DNA of 64,000 nt from a virus (IMGVR_UViG_3300029953_000013), one strand, 5' to 3'; counted from the stretch's first letter, positions 35,200 through 44,276 are shown. Notes: generated by a model from the letters alone, not told the origin. Program-made: numbers and translations.

Positions 35200-36678
35200 C
35201 TACAGGTTCGACAGCAACCGCTCCCGAATCTCACTCAGCTTCTCTTCCCGAAGCAGCTTGCCATCCTGGAACACCGGCTGAAGGAGATCAGCGGCAATGT
35301 AGTCGGTCGAAGTGAAGCCATCAAAGACCTTCAGTTCCGCGCCGATCTTTAGGACCGCTACCCTGCCCTTCTGACTCTTCTTGACGCCGTTGTCAGTCAC
35401 CGGGTTCTTGTAGATGGCGATCTCTTCCCCGTTGATGGTCACAGCCGTGGACTTCAGGGCGAAGCCGAAGGTATCCCTGGTCGTGTACTGGTAGGTGAAG
35501 GAACCGATGCCGTAGACCATGTTGGTGCTGGCGAAGCCCTTATTCATGAGCCGCACGCTGATCTCACCGCACCGGTCATAGGTGATCGCATCGCCGTAGA
35601 TGCAGCCAATGTGCGAGTCCAGCACCTTGAAGCCCTTCTCGTTCACCGTGCCGCCGAAGATGTCCCACAGAAGCTCGATGACGCCCTTCTTGGCGCGGGG
35701 ATCGGTCGCATCGTCATCACCGCAGATGATCTTGACCGGATCGCCGGAATCGGGGCGGATGACGATCTTGCCATCACGAGCAAGAATCTCAGGCTTGAGG
35801 CTGGGAATGATGACGGAGAGGGTATTCCAAAGATCCCAGGTGTCGGAAACGATGGACAGGAAGCCGGAAGGGTAGACTTCGGTAATCAAGCGCCGGTAGG
35901 TTTCGTACTCGTTCTCAGCACCACCAGCACACATGACGGAATGCTCCGTTGCGGGAATGCTGGTGCCCACCATCTCCCTGGTAACGTCCGCGCCATAGTA
36001 GCGCTCCAGGTAGCAGATGCCGGGAATGGTGTCAGTGCCGAAGAAGGACAGAAGGTGCCCTGCATCGCTCTTGGCGGCGGATTCCAGGCTTGTCATGCCG
36101 CGCATACTGAAGTCGTGTCCCTGGAAAGGAACGAACCCAAGATCCCCACCGGTCAGCTTCGCGTAGGCATTCAGCAGCTTACGGTAGTTCCAGGCAGTCG
36201 TTGCGCTGGTGCTGGGAAGCCACAGTTCGCAGGACATGAGGGTTTCCAGGTAGTTGGTCAGCCAGAAGAACCGGGGATCGGTATTCTCGATGGTGAGCAT
36301 GGGCACACGCACCGGCACGATGGTTCCCTCAGGAACGGCTTTGATCAGGATGGGCAGGAACCCAAGCTCCCAAAGATCGGTGATGTGCGAAGTGTCGGGA
36401 TTCGTCACACCCAGCGTGTGAGTAATCACACGGCTATACTCAGCCAGGACTTCCATCAACGGGCGGCTGAAGAAATTCTCATTGAAGTAATCCATCAAGT
36501 ATTCCTTGATGAAGCCCTGGAAGCCAAATGCAACCACGCTCTGGATGTGCCGGATGCGACTGGTGCGTGGGGTCCAGGTGGAGTAGACAACCTCGGTTCC
36601 GACAGGGTATTGCTGCCGATGAGAACATTTATAAAAATCACACAGGAGTGTGGCTGGATAGGTGGTATGATTGACCAT
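35200..36678 (-). CDS. nadV: nicotinamide phosphoribosyltransferase (NadV/NAMPT family)
   Basis: 492 aa, the typical size of phage NadV; call rests on length, gene context and overall family resemblance, no single diagnostic motif verified; RBS GGAGATATTATG. Confidence 0.7.
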   Translation of the reverse strand: MVNHTTYPATLLCDFYKCSHRQQYPVGTEVVYSTWTPRTSRIRHIQSVVAFGFQGFIKEYLMDYFNENFFSRPLMEVLAEYSRVITHTLGVTNPDTSHITDLWELGFLPILIKAVPEGTIVPVRVPMLTIENTDPRFFWLTNYLETLMSCELWLPSTSATTAWNYRKLLNAYAKLTGGDLGFVPFQGHDFSMRGMTSLESAAKSDAGHLLSFFGTDTIPGICYLERYYGADVTREMVGTSIPATEHSVMCAGGAENEYETYRRLITEVYPSGFLSIVSDTWDLWNTLSVIIPSLKPEILARDGKIVIRPDSGDPVKIICGDDDATDPRAKKGVIELLWDIFGGTVNEKGFKVLDSHIGCIYGDAITYDRCGEISVRLMNKGFASTNMVYGIGSFTYQYTTRDTFGFALKSTAVTINGEEIAIYKNPVTDNGVKKSQKGRVAVLKIGAELKVFDGFTSTDYIAADLLQPVFQDGKLLREEKLSEIRERLLSNL

Positions 36679-36702
36679 AATATCTCCAAGGAGAAGGGTT
36701 GA

Positions 36703-37521
36703 ATGAATATCGGTAAGATTGAATACTTACCATCGGTTCCTGGTGTGTATCTAATCCGAAACACACGTAATGGAAAGGTGTATGTCGGTCAGAGCCAGAT
36801 AGGTTTATACCAACGCTGCTATGGACACTTGGCGAAGCTCCAGGGAGGCGGCGACAATCGCCATCTTCAAGCCGATTGGGACAAGTGCGAAGCTGATTTT
36901 GTCTTTGAAGTCCTTGTGACCTGTGAGCCAGAAGAATGTTCTATGTATGAAACTCACTGCATTGCTCAATATCACTCTTACCACCGGAAGTTTGGCTACA
37001 ACATCGACATAAGAACAAGCGGCGCAGGTAGTAAAAGCCAAGAAACTATCGACAAGATTCAGTCAGATGCTTCAAAGGCTGCGCGTAGTAAGGCAATGAC
37101 AGGTCGTGTGCGTATCACGGATGGAGTGGAAAACCGATCCATTACGCCAGGGCAAGCTGTGCCGGACGGCTGGTGGGAAGGGCTTACCATTCGTAACAAG
37201 CGCAAAACCAATCCAGCAAACAAGGGTTTAACTACGGGTTACGACCCTTTGACGGGTGAAACTATGCAGATCGCTATTGATGATCCTCGTTACCTGAATG
37301 GAGAAATCAAGCACATTGCAAATAAGCGGTGGGAAGGTGTTATAACCAAACGGCAAGAAACAGAGAACAATCGCCTTGGACCTAAAATGGAAACATTGAA
37401 GGGATGCGTTTGGATCAACAACGGTGTAGTCAACAAACGCATCCCTTCCGGTCCAATCCCTAATGGATGGAATGCCGGTAGGCTTCCTAGAAAGCCAAAC
37501 CGAAAAAAGGAAGCCGCCTAA
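36703..37521 (+). CDS. GIY-YIG homing endonuclease (free-standing)
   Basis: GVYLIRNTRNGKVYVGQS...YQRCYGHL; RBS AAGGAGAAGGGTTGAATG; sits between nadV and prs on the opposite strand. Confidence 0.7.
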   Translation: MNIGKIEYLPSVPGVYLIRNTRNGKVYVGQSQIGLYQRCYGHLAKLQGGGDNRHLQADWDKCEADFVFEVLVTCEPEECSMYETHCIAQYHSYHRKFGYNIDIRTSGAGSKSQETIDKIQSDASKAARSKAMTGRVRITDGVENRSITPGQAVPDGWWEGLTIRNKRKTNPANKGLTTGYDPLTGETMQIAIDDPRYLNGEIKHIANKRWEGVITKRQETENNRLGPKMETLKGCVWINNGVVNKRIPSGPIPNGWNAGRLPRKPNRKKEAA

Positions 37522-38405
37522 CCTTCCTGAATAAGAGGAAGGATGTGGACCCGGTTGCTAATTTCGGAAGGTAACTTGTCAACATAAGCCTGGGTAAGAA
37601 TGCTGTTGGTTGTGACAAGGTGATCGATCTTGTTGTATCGGAAGTCTTCCGGCACGCTTGCCCAGTTCGGGTTATCCGGCGTCATGGGAACGCCGAAGAG
37701 CTTGCCATCGAAGATCGACCGCTCACAGTGCGACACGACAAGCACGATTTGCTTGGGATCGAACTTCCTAAGCTCTTCCGAAGCCGCCACGAAAGTTCCA
37801 CCGTAGGAACAAAGATCGTCCACGATCACCACGGTTTTCCCGCGAATGCATTCAGCATTGGAGATGTCGTAACCGGTGATCTTCCCGGTTTCAAAGTCCC
37901 GCTTCTTGAACCCGGCGATCTGAGGGTAGGGCTTGTACATCTCCATGCTTCCGTAGCGCTTCTGTGCCCCGGCATCGGGGAACATGACCACTACCTCTTC
38001 GCCCTCTTCCAGCCCACCAAAGGGCGCTTCGTTGAAGCTGCGGAATGGGTAGTAGGAGCTTGCGTTCTCGCCCAGGTAGGCAAGGGTCAACTCGCTGTGA
38101 GGATCACACACGTAGATGTGCTCAAAGCCCAAGTCCTTGATGAACTCAGCCACGAAACGGAGGGAGCATTGGGAGCCGCCCCTGGAATCCCTGTCCATGC
38201 GCCCGTAGGGCATGTAGAGGATGCGAAGGCTCACATGCTTGTTATGAAGGTGCCGCTTCACCATCATCAGGTGGAAAAGATCCTCATCGCTTTCCCACTT
38301 CAGCACCAACCCATCGGGGTAGAACGGAACGTGGCTCATGTTCAATTCCCCGTTGGGGAACATCGTGCGCGGGATGGGATTGCCGGTTGCATCATAGAGC
38401 ATCAT
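37518..38405 (-). CDS. prs: ribose-phosphate pyrophosphokinase (PRPP synthetase)
   Basis: PYGRMDRD (RQDR-like) and VVIVDDLCSYGGTF PRPP-binding loop. Confidence 0.65.
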   Translation of the reverse strand: MMLYDATGNPIPRTMFPNGELNMSHVPFYPDGLVLKWESDEDLFHLMMVKRHLHNKHVSLRILYMPYGRMDRDSRGGSQCSLRFVAEFIKDLGFEHIYVCDPHSELTLAYLGENASSYYPFRSFNEAPFGGLEEGEEVVVMFPDAGAQKRYGSMEMYKPYPQIAGFKKRDFETGKITGYDISNAECIRGKTVVIVDDLCSYGGTFVAASEELRKFDPKQIVLVVSHCERSIFDGKLFGVPMTPDNPNWASVPEDFRYNKIDHLVTTNSILTQAYVDKLPSEISNRVHILPLIQEG

Positions 38406-38425
38406 TGACTCCTTGTTGTTTAATA

Positions 38426-38438
38426 GGTTGTTACCACC
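38426..38438 (-). promoter_or_regulatory. GGTGGTAACAACC promoter-like motif
   Basis: about 23 nt upstream of the prs ATG. Confidence 0.4.
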
Positions 38439-38440
38439 AG

Positions 38441-38710
38441 CTAGACGATGACGGTCTGCCCACGAACCCCGTCAATAATGGCTGTCACCGATGAAGTGCG
38501 AATGGGTGCATCCGGGAAGTCCGCGAAGAAGATCCAGCACCGCTCATCAACCTTCGGTCCAATGATGTCAGTGTAGGGAATCCACACACCATCCTTGGTG
38601 AAGGGAAAGAGCGGGAAATTGGCACCGCTGATCCGACGAACAAGCTTGGCTTCCGGGTCCACTTCAAAGATGCTGTTGCGGGTTGAAAACTGTTTCGTGG
38701 GCTGTGTCAT
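38441..38710 (-). CDS. hypothetical protein
   Basis: 89 aa. Confidence 0.45.
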   Translation of the reverse strand: MTQPTKQFSTRNSIFEVDPEAKLVRRISGANFPLFPFTKDGVWIPYTDIIGPKVDERCWIFFADFPDAPIRTSSVTAIIDGVRGQTVIV

Positions 38711-38913
38711 TTAGAAATCCCCCAGGTGCCGCGCAGAGCGGTCAGGTTGCTATCCCAAAAGTGCAGCATCAGACGGGACAGCCCACCATGGGAAATGTCC
38801 ATGAGCGAAGCCAGTTCGGCATGGGAGAAACCGGCACGGATACCGTACTCCAGTTCTGCCCTGCGCCCGAAGTGCTGGGAAAGCGTGTTCTTCTGTTTGT
38901 AGATTTTAGCCAT
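38707..38913 (-). CDS. hypothetical protein (possible HTH)
   Basis: 68 aa. Confidence 0.4.
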   Translation of the reverse strand: MAKIYKQKNTLSQHFGRRAELEYGIRAGFSHAELASLMDISHGGLSRLMLHFWDSNLTALRGTWGISK

Positions 38914-38915
38914 GG

Positions 38916-39329
38916 CTAATCCTCGAAAATGTTGTGGATGTTGTGTTGCTTGAGCCGTTTCAGGACCAATTCCCGATTGGCTTTTTCATAGGCAGCGCGA
39001 ACGGTATCAAGGTAGAGATGCTTGAATGACTGGCGAACGTCCTTATCCGCAAGGTTGGCTTCACGCTTCTCAAGCTGATCCCACTCCCTGGTGTTCCGCT
39101 CTGGTAACGGTCCAGGAGAGTTAATGGTCATGAATTTGTGATAGGCAGCGACATAGACCAAGTTCCACTTCTTGGACCCATATAACTCCCTTGAAACCCA
39201 CTCGTAATCAAGGTATTGGCATAGGTCATACATCTGCTCCATCATGAGCAGGATTTGTGTCTCAGAAATGCCCTTAGGAGAAGCGCTTTCGTCTCCCCCG
39301 TTCTTTCTGCTGAATACTGATGGCTGCAT
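38916..39329 (-). CDS. hypothetical protein
   Basis: 137 aa. Confidence 0.45.
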   Translation of the reverse strand: MQPSVFSRKNGGDESASPKGISETQILLMMEQMYDLCQYLDYEWVSRELYGSKKWNLVYVAAYHKFMTINSPGPLPERNTREWDQLEKREANLADKDVRQSFKHLYLDTVRAAYEKANRELVLKRLKQHNIHNIFED

Positions 39330-39344
39330 GGTTGCTCCAAAGAA

Positions 39345-39419
39345 TGGCTGGGGAGGTAGGATTCGGACCCACGAATGACGGGATCAAAACCCGTTGCCTT
39401 ACCACTTGGCTACTCCCCA
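39345..39419 (-). tRNA. tRNA-Gln (TTG)
   Basis: U1-A72 acceptor TGGGGAG/CTCCCCA, anticodon loop TTTTGAT, T-arm GTGGG-TCCGAAT-CCTAC, CCA encoded. Confidence 0.75.
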
Positions 39420-39796
39420 CTGTATGGATCGATCTTGATCTCAAGATCGGGTAGCTCTTGTATATCTATACCAACCAAGGCTTTTGTAATTACTTCTTCA
39501 AGCATCTTCCCTCGCGCCTTTGCATAAAGATCCTGATGCATGTTGACCAAGGCGTTGAATACGTGCTTGTTTGAATAGTCTGGCTTGTCGTATATGTGCT
39601 TTGGATACGACGAATTGAAATCGTGAATGACCGTGACTAAATGGTAATTCCTGGTTTCAAAATCAAGTTCCAGGTGCCTTCGGTCGTATCCTTTGATCTT
39701 TGTTTCATACTTCAGGGTGCCGGTGTTGTATAAAAGATAATCCAGGATCTTGTCAATTTGTCCGGTCAGAAGCAGCACTTCCACATCATTAGCCAT
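39410..39796 (-). CDS. hypothetical protein; last 3 codons overlap the tRNA-Gln 5' end
   Basis: 128 aa ORF ending DPYSGE-TAG inside the tRNA acceptor stem. Confidence 0.4.
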   Translation of the reverse strand: MANDVEVLLLTGQIDKILDYLLYNTGTLKYETKIKGYDRRHLELDFETRNYHLVTVIHDFNSSYPKHIYDKPDYSNKHVFNALVNMHQDLYAKARGKMLEEVITKALVGIDIQELPDLEIKIDPYSGE

Positions 39797-39807
39797 TGGC
39801 TACCTCA

Positions 39808-39841
39808 ATAAAAAAGCCGGGGCACCACCACGGACCCCGGC
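39808..39841 (-). terminator. rho-independent terminator
   Basis: GCCGGGGtccgtggtggtgCCCCGGC followed by TTTTTTATT on the minus strand. Confidence 0.55.
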
Positions 39842-39858
39842 TCCCCCAACATCACGCG

Positions 39859-40059
39859 CTAAGAACACAGCGCAGCAATGCACCCCACCACTACAAAGAA
39901 GACCGCGAAACAAGCCCATGCCGCGAAGCCGAACCAGAGAGGGCACGTAACCCACCACCAGGACCAAGCAATAACATTGGTCAACTTGAGGACCAGAAAA
40001 ATCAGGAAGAGAATCGTCATGACACTCATACCGCCGTTTGCTCCTTGTTGATGGTTCAT
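39859..40059 (-). CDS. small membrane protein
   Basis: RBS GGAGGGTGGTATG; two TM helices. Confidence 0.45.
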   Translation of the reverse strand: MNHQQGANGGMSVMTILFLIFLVLKLTNVIAWSWWWVTCPLWFGFAAWACFAVFFVVVGCIAALCS

Positions 40060-40079
40060 ACCACCCTCCATGCATGATA

Positions 40080-40680
40080 GAACCCGCCCTGCCGTGCGCT
40101 TTGCTACGCTGGTGGCACCCAATCTAAAGGTTGAGGCGGGAGCCTTAAACCCTGTTCTGCGCTGACATGCCTTTGCTTAATTCCGGTGGCACCAGACCCA
40201 CACGCTTTTGCAGGGATATTTGCTTCAGCATTCCACTGAAGCTGCCGGGTTTGTCAACTGCGCTCCGTTGATCGAGCTATTAAGGGGATTGCCCCACCCT
40301 TGCGGGAATTTAGGTAGCCACCGGACGATACACCACAAGTCTTAACCAGACCGGGATACGGGCTTGTGGTGCCAGATGCAGGCTTTGAACGGGTCGCTCC
40401 GTACGTTGTCAAGCCGATTGACTCTCAGCGCTGGCTACTACGGCTTGACCAAGCGCCTCTGTTTATCTGCATAACCAAAGATAAAGCAACCTACCAAAGT
40501 AAGTAAGGCACAGAATGTTTACAATCTCCCGCCCCGAAAGGTGGATGTTGAACCGTGCGGTCCCTGGTTCTGAGGGCGTTTCTGTGACCATCACAGGTTG
40601 GACATGCTGATGCACCACAACCTCTTTGGTAGTCTTGTGCGTGATGATTCTTCGCTTGCTTTGATTGCGCGGCATGTGCG
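40080..40680. other. ~600-nt structured non-coding spacer (candidate ncRNA)
   Basis: no ORF; multiple long-range complementary segments (CCGGTGGC/GCCACCGG, CCACAAG/CTTGTGG); lies between a terminator and the next gene. Confidence 0.25.
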
Positions 40681-40688
40681 CCCCCTCG

Positions 40689-40949
40689 TTAATGAACGGT
40701 AACGATTGATTCCTCAGTTGAAACCTGGACTCCTGGCGGAAGAGTTACCAATGTTTCGCTGAAGTAGTTCCAGAACTGGGTAGTGCCATCTGGCATGATC
40801 CAAGGCTTTGTGCAGCAGCCCCAGGAGTCAATCGAATGCATCTGCCCGTTAGAAGTCGTAAACGCTGTAATTATGCAGCGAGATTCTTTCCTTCCGGGAC
40901 TGCACCCCAACGTCAGGGCAAGGATGATGGCGAGTAGAACTTGTTTCAT
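40689..40949 (-). CDS. small lipoprotein
   Basis: LAIILALTLGCSPG lipobox; GAGG RBS. Confidence 0.5.
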   Translation of the reverse strand: MKQVLLAIILALTLGCSPGRKESRCIITAFTTSNGQMHSIDSWGCCTKPWIMPDGTTQFWNYFSETLVTLPPGVQVSTEESIVTVH

Positions 40950-41180
40950 TGAAACCTCGAAAAATGATCGGCGGGGCGTGATGGCTTTTCACCACCGACA
41001 TACAGGATTCCCGTCAGAATTACCTGATGCTCCTATTTTCGCTTTGCTTGAGCCGTTTTAGCGCTACCGACTCTCCCTCTACGTTTTTCTGAGCTAACGC
41101 CCCATGGATTTGGTAAACCCACAGTCTCCAGGTCAGGTAATCACTCCTTCTGGCAATACTGTGGGGTATTTGGTGGAGCT

Positions 41181-41256
41181 AACAGGGATCGAACCTGCGA
41201 CCTAGTGCTTGCAAAGCACCCGCTCTCCCATCTGAGCTATAGCCCCTGATATTGCC
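41181..41256 (-). tRNA. tRNA-Ala (TGC)
   Basis: acceptor GGGGCTA/TAGCTCC, anticodon loop TTTGCAA, T-arm GCAGG-TTCGATC-CCTGT, CCA encoded. Confidence 0.8.
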
Positions 41257-41372
41257 GCTTAGTCGAATCGCGGTTCACCCCTAATGGACCGGTATCTGTT
41301 TGCTCCTTGCGGAGTTTCTGTGCCGTGGGGTTTGCAGGTCCGGTTATCCTGCCCTCTTCTACTTCATACCAC

Positions 41373-41642
41373 CTAGATTTCCGGGATCGGAAACTCAAAG
41401 AACTCCAGGCAGTCAACGAAGAAGCCGTAGAAGTCGTTCACGAGAGAATGGGGAATGTCCTTCCCGAATTCCTTCTCATCGAACAGCCGAACCATTGCCA
41501 GCTTCAGCCCTTCCCTTTCGCTGAAGGTGTCTTCAGACGAGCACAGGGACCAACCCAGCCTCAGTGCCCCGTCCTCGTGCCTGAATGCCACCAGGACGCC
41601 CTTGCGCTTGCCGTTGCGACCGTTCACATACCGCTTGATCAT
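41373..41642 (-). CDS. hypothetical protein
   Basis: 89 aa. Confidence 0.4.
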   Translation of the reverse strand: MIKRYVNGRNGKRKGVLVAFRHEDGALRLGWSLCSSEDTFSEREGLKLAMVRLFDEKEFGKDIPHSLVNDFYGFFVDCLEFFEFPIPEI

Positions 41643-41814
41643 GACTTCTCCTATGGAAATTTTCTGCTGTGATTATTCACATGATAGGTGTCTACACTCC
41701 GTTGGATTCCCAACGTCCTCCGACCGCAGTAGAGAGGAACTTCCAGCTTCTCAGGCTGGCGTGCGTTAAACCCCGGCAAGGGTTGGGTCATGACTACGGG
41801 ATTGCCGCCCCGAT

Positions 41815-41905
41815 TGGCGATGGGTGAGGGGATCGAACCCCCGGAACCTTTCGGTTCACTTGTTTTCAGGACAAGCGCAATCGACCGCTCTGCCAACCCA
41901 CCATC
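41815..41905 (-). tRNA. tRNA-Ser (TGA)-like, 91 nt, type II with an irregular acceptor/D junction
   Basis: anticodon arm CTTGT-CCTGAAA-ACAAG, variable hairpin GAACCgaaaGGTTC, T-arm GGGGG-TTCGATC-CCCTC, GCCA end; the 5' acceptor has two mismatches and extra nt. Confidence 0.5.
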
Positions 41906-42507
41906 TACTCTTTTACTGTATTACCACCCCCGCGCCAGTCTCCGAATAACCCTAGCTCTCTGGCTTCCCTCATTCCTTTGGCTACAACTAACCACGCTAA
42001 GTAAGGCATGTTCTTTCTTGTCAGATTGCATCTGATACACGCTGGAACAACATTGCTAGTTATATGAGGAAGGCTATTATCCACTCGATCAAGCGTTAGT
42101 TTGCCTGAAGTTTCCCCACAGTAACAACACCCCTTACCAAGTAACTCCATGATCCAGTCAGTGGTTAAATCATTGGTCCAACCGCGCTTTGCATCCCCAC
42201 CATTGGAATCTTGTTTGATAACCAGGGCAATATCATAGGGGTTTTTGGAACTTCGCAGTTGCTTGGCGTATTCTGACCCTTTAACTCTTCGGGCTTGTAG
42301 CTTCTTCGGATCGGTTTCTTTCCTTCTTGGGTAAGTTGCCTTCCTGATAGAATCACAAATGACACAGGTTTTACGGAAAAAGACTAAACCCTTTGACTTT
42401 CTATACGATGGTATCACTTCTGGGAACGCCTTAGCACATGTGTCACACACAAAGCCTTCCTTCGTTCTTTTTGTGGACATGCGCATATACCAACTCAGCG
42501 TGTCCAT
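41905..42507 (-). CDS. HNH homing endonuclease (HNH_3-like)
   Basis: LDRVDNSLPHITSNVVPACIRCNLTRKN plus N-terminal zinc-ribbon cysteines. Confidence 0.55.
   Translation of the reverse strand: MDTLSWYMRMSTKRTKEGFVCDTCAKAFPEVIPSYRKSKGLVFFRKTCVICDSIRKATYPRRKETDPKKLQARRVKGSEYAKQLRSSKNPYDIALVIKQDSNGGDAKRGWTNDLTTDWIMELLGKGCCYCGETSGKLTLDRVDNSLPHITSNVVPACIRCNLTRKNMPYLAWLVVAKGMREARELGLFGDWRGGGNTVKE
41930..41938 (-). promoter_or_regulatory. GGTGGTAAT promoter-like motif about 25 nt upstream of the tRNA-Ser-like 5' end
   Basis: the motif sits before an RNA gene, which argues for a transcriptional role. Confidence 0.4.
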
Positions 42508-42978
42508 AGAACATTGTTAGCCCCCCTATAGGGTTGGTATGATATTGCCCTGCGTTCCGCGAGAACCAGGGCTGGTGTCAGCTTTAACCTAATGACACGT
42601 TGAACTATCCCGACAATGCTACAGTTACGATGTGGGACGGTAAGGGAGGGTCTTATGTGCTGTATCACACAGGCTTCCTCTAGCCTTCGCTGCCGCGATT
42701 TGGAGCAGGGAAGTGTGGTGTTTGATGCCCTAGTCCGCAACAAACCTTCATCCACACCTTAATCCCTGCATGATAGTTCTACGTTTGTGCATACACGCCA
42801 CGTAGAAAGGTGTCGGGTGCGGTCTAAGCGCATTCAGACCTGTATCCAGAGCAGCGCTACCCCAGGTCATGTACCCTACTTCACGCTTTAATTGGACCAT
42901 CATGGGGCACGCTACATCGGCTATCCCTGTGGAGCTTGGACGCTCAATCCACACCGTCACGTTTAATGATGATCCTTA

Positions 42979-43047
42979 GGCGCATCTTGCCGGATTTGAA
43001 CCGACCATGACTATTGCGCGACAGCCATGACAACCAACATAAGATGC
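42979..43047 (-). tRNA. short degenerate tRNA-like element
   Basis: acceptor GCATCTT/AAGATGC and T-arm GTCGG-TTCAAAT-CCGGC are good, but the D and anticodon region is too short and non-canonical. Confidence 0.2.
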
Positions 43048-43212
43048 ATTCATGCGTTGATTCTGATGATGGACGCATCCCCATCAAGAGGTTTCTTTGT
43101 CTATGGAGCAACCTACTCAACAACCGCCAGCTTTTAACAATTAAGAGGGCGCTGGTCCCTACCCTTTTCTCGGTTTTTGCAAGGTTCCGAAAAAGGATGA
43201 ACAACTAACCTT

Positions 43213-43292
43213 TGGCGAGTCTGGCTGGATTTGAACCAGCGGCATCTTCCTTAACAGGGAAGCGCTCTAGGACCGGACTGAGCTACAGACCC
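43213..43292 (-). tRNA. tRNA-Asn (GTT)
   Basis: acceptor GGGTCTG/CAGACTC, anticodon loop CTGTTAA, T-arm GCTGG-TTCAAAT-CCAGC, CCA encoded; 12-nt D-loop. Confidence 0.7.
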
Positions 43293-43297
43293 AAGGG

Positions 43298-43379
43298 AGA
43301 CAGGGGACGGATTTGAACCGCCGTATTACCGGATGCGCTATCCGGTGGCTTTGAATTGACCAGACTTAGCTACCCTGCC
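43298..43379 (-). tRNA. atypical tRNA-like element (expanded D region; anticodon arm CCGGA-TAGCGCA-TCCGG)
   Basis: acceptor GGCAGGG/CCCTGTC and T-arm GGCGG-TTCAAAT-CCGTC; position 33 is not U. Confidence 0.25.
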
Positions 43380-43551
43380 GTGGTGATGGCTTGAGGAACC
43401 ATCGTGAGATTGATTTTGACTGTTGTTTTCAGGAACAGCCCCAGGTTGTCGCCCAGGTTGACCAATACATCCAGCACTTATTTCAGTTCGGTATGCTACA
43501 CGAACCCAGGTTTCACACGCTGTGCGCAGAACGCTTGGAAACGTCTTGATT

Positions 43552-43870
43552 TGGTGGATCTGGCGAGAGTCGAACTCGCGTCCAAGAAGGTGAACCCACA
43601 AGAGTTTTATCAGCATCTTAGCCTCTGAATCGGGAGGCACCGCATGTCAAGGTGCTTGGTTTTCCTAGTTTACTCGCCAGCTAGGAGGCGCATCATTTAG
43701 GCAGCTACAGCAAAAGCTCCTGCGCGGCGGTAACGACGGAAAGCAACAACATTGGACTTCTTGTTGGTGTTGGCAGTTTTGTTTTAGTTGATTTGATGAC
43801 CCAGCCCTTCAACTACCTGGGGATGCCTCTTTGCGAATCAGCACGAACCTGTCGAAACCTTTACAGACCC
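43552..43870 (-). ncRNA. ssrA: tmRNA (ssrA)
   Basis: 5' GGGTCTGTAAAGGTTTCGAC... pairs with the 3' ...GGACGCGAGTTCGACTCTCGCCAGATCCACCA (close to the E. coli tmRNA 3' end); internal tag ORF ends ...GCT GTA GCT GCC TAA (AVAA-stop); candidate resume codon GCC after an in-frame UAA. Confidence 0.7.
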
Positions 43871-44200
43871 ATGATAGGTAGGGTAGTTTAACGTCTTGCC
43901 CCAGGACGTAGGGGTGCCGGTTAAAGCGCCCTCCACCACTCCACAATTATCAGCATGGAGACTGTTTCTTGCGCCCTCTCTTTGATTCCTACCACCGATG
44001 GTTGCTAGTCTCAGCTACTAGCGCGTCACCATTCCTAATGAAGCCGGTGATTCTTGCCCTCCCGTAACTTTAATGGCGCGGGACGTAACCGCCCTTTCGG
44101 GCTACCATGCTCTTTGGCTCTCAGTGCCCTTTAACGGAATTGAACCGCCTCTCGTCTTTACCAAAACTCAGCAACCGAACAGGAATTGAACCTGTATTTT

Positions 44201-44276
44201 TGGTAGGGGAAACCGGGATCGAACCGATGACCTTCACCGTGTAAAGGTGTTGCTCTACCAACTGAGCTATTCCCCT
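44201..44276 (-). tRNA. tRNA-Val (TAC)
   Basis: acceptor AGGGGAA/TTCCCCT, anticodon loop TTTACAC, T-arm ATCGG-TTCGATC-CCGGT, CCA encoded. Confidence 0.75.

Noticed and set aside
35611-36702. 363-aa plus-strand ORF
   Set aside because: Antisense to nadV, which has clear family-level similarity; shadow ORF.
37620-38408. 262-aa plus-strand ORF
   Set aside because: Antisense to the PRPP synthetase gene.
43338-43640. 100-aa minus-strand ORF and 43404-43628 plus-strand ORF
   Set aside because: Both overlap the tmRNA and its flank; no RBS.
44130-44200. attP/integration site suggested by tRNA T-arm fragments (GGAATTGAACC twice)
   Set aside because: No integrase or recombinase in the window; more likely remnants of homing-endonuclease-driven tRNA gene decay.
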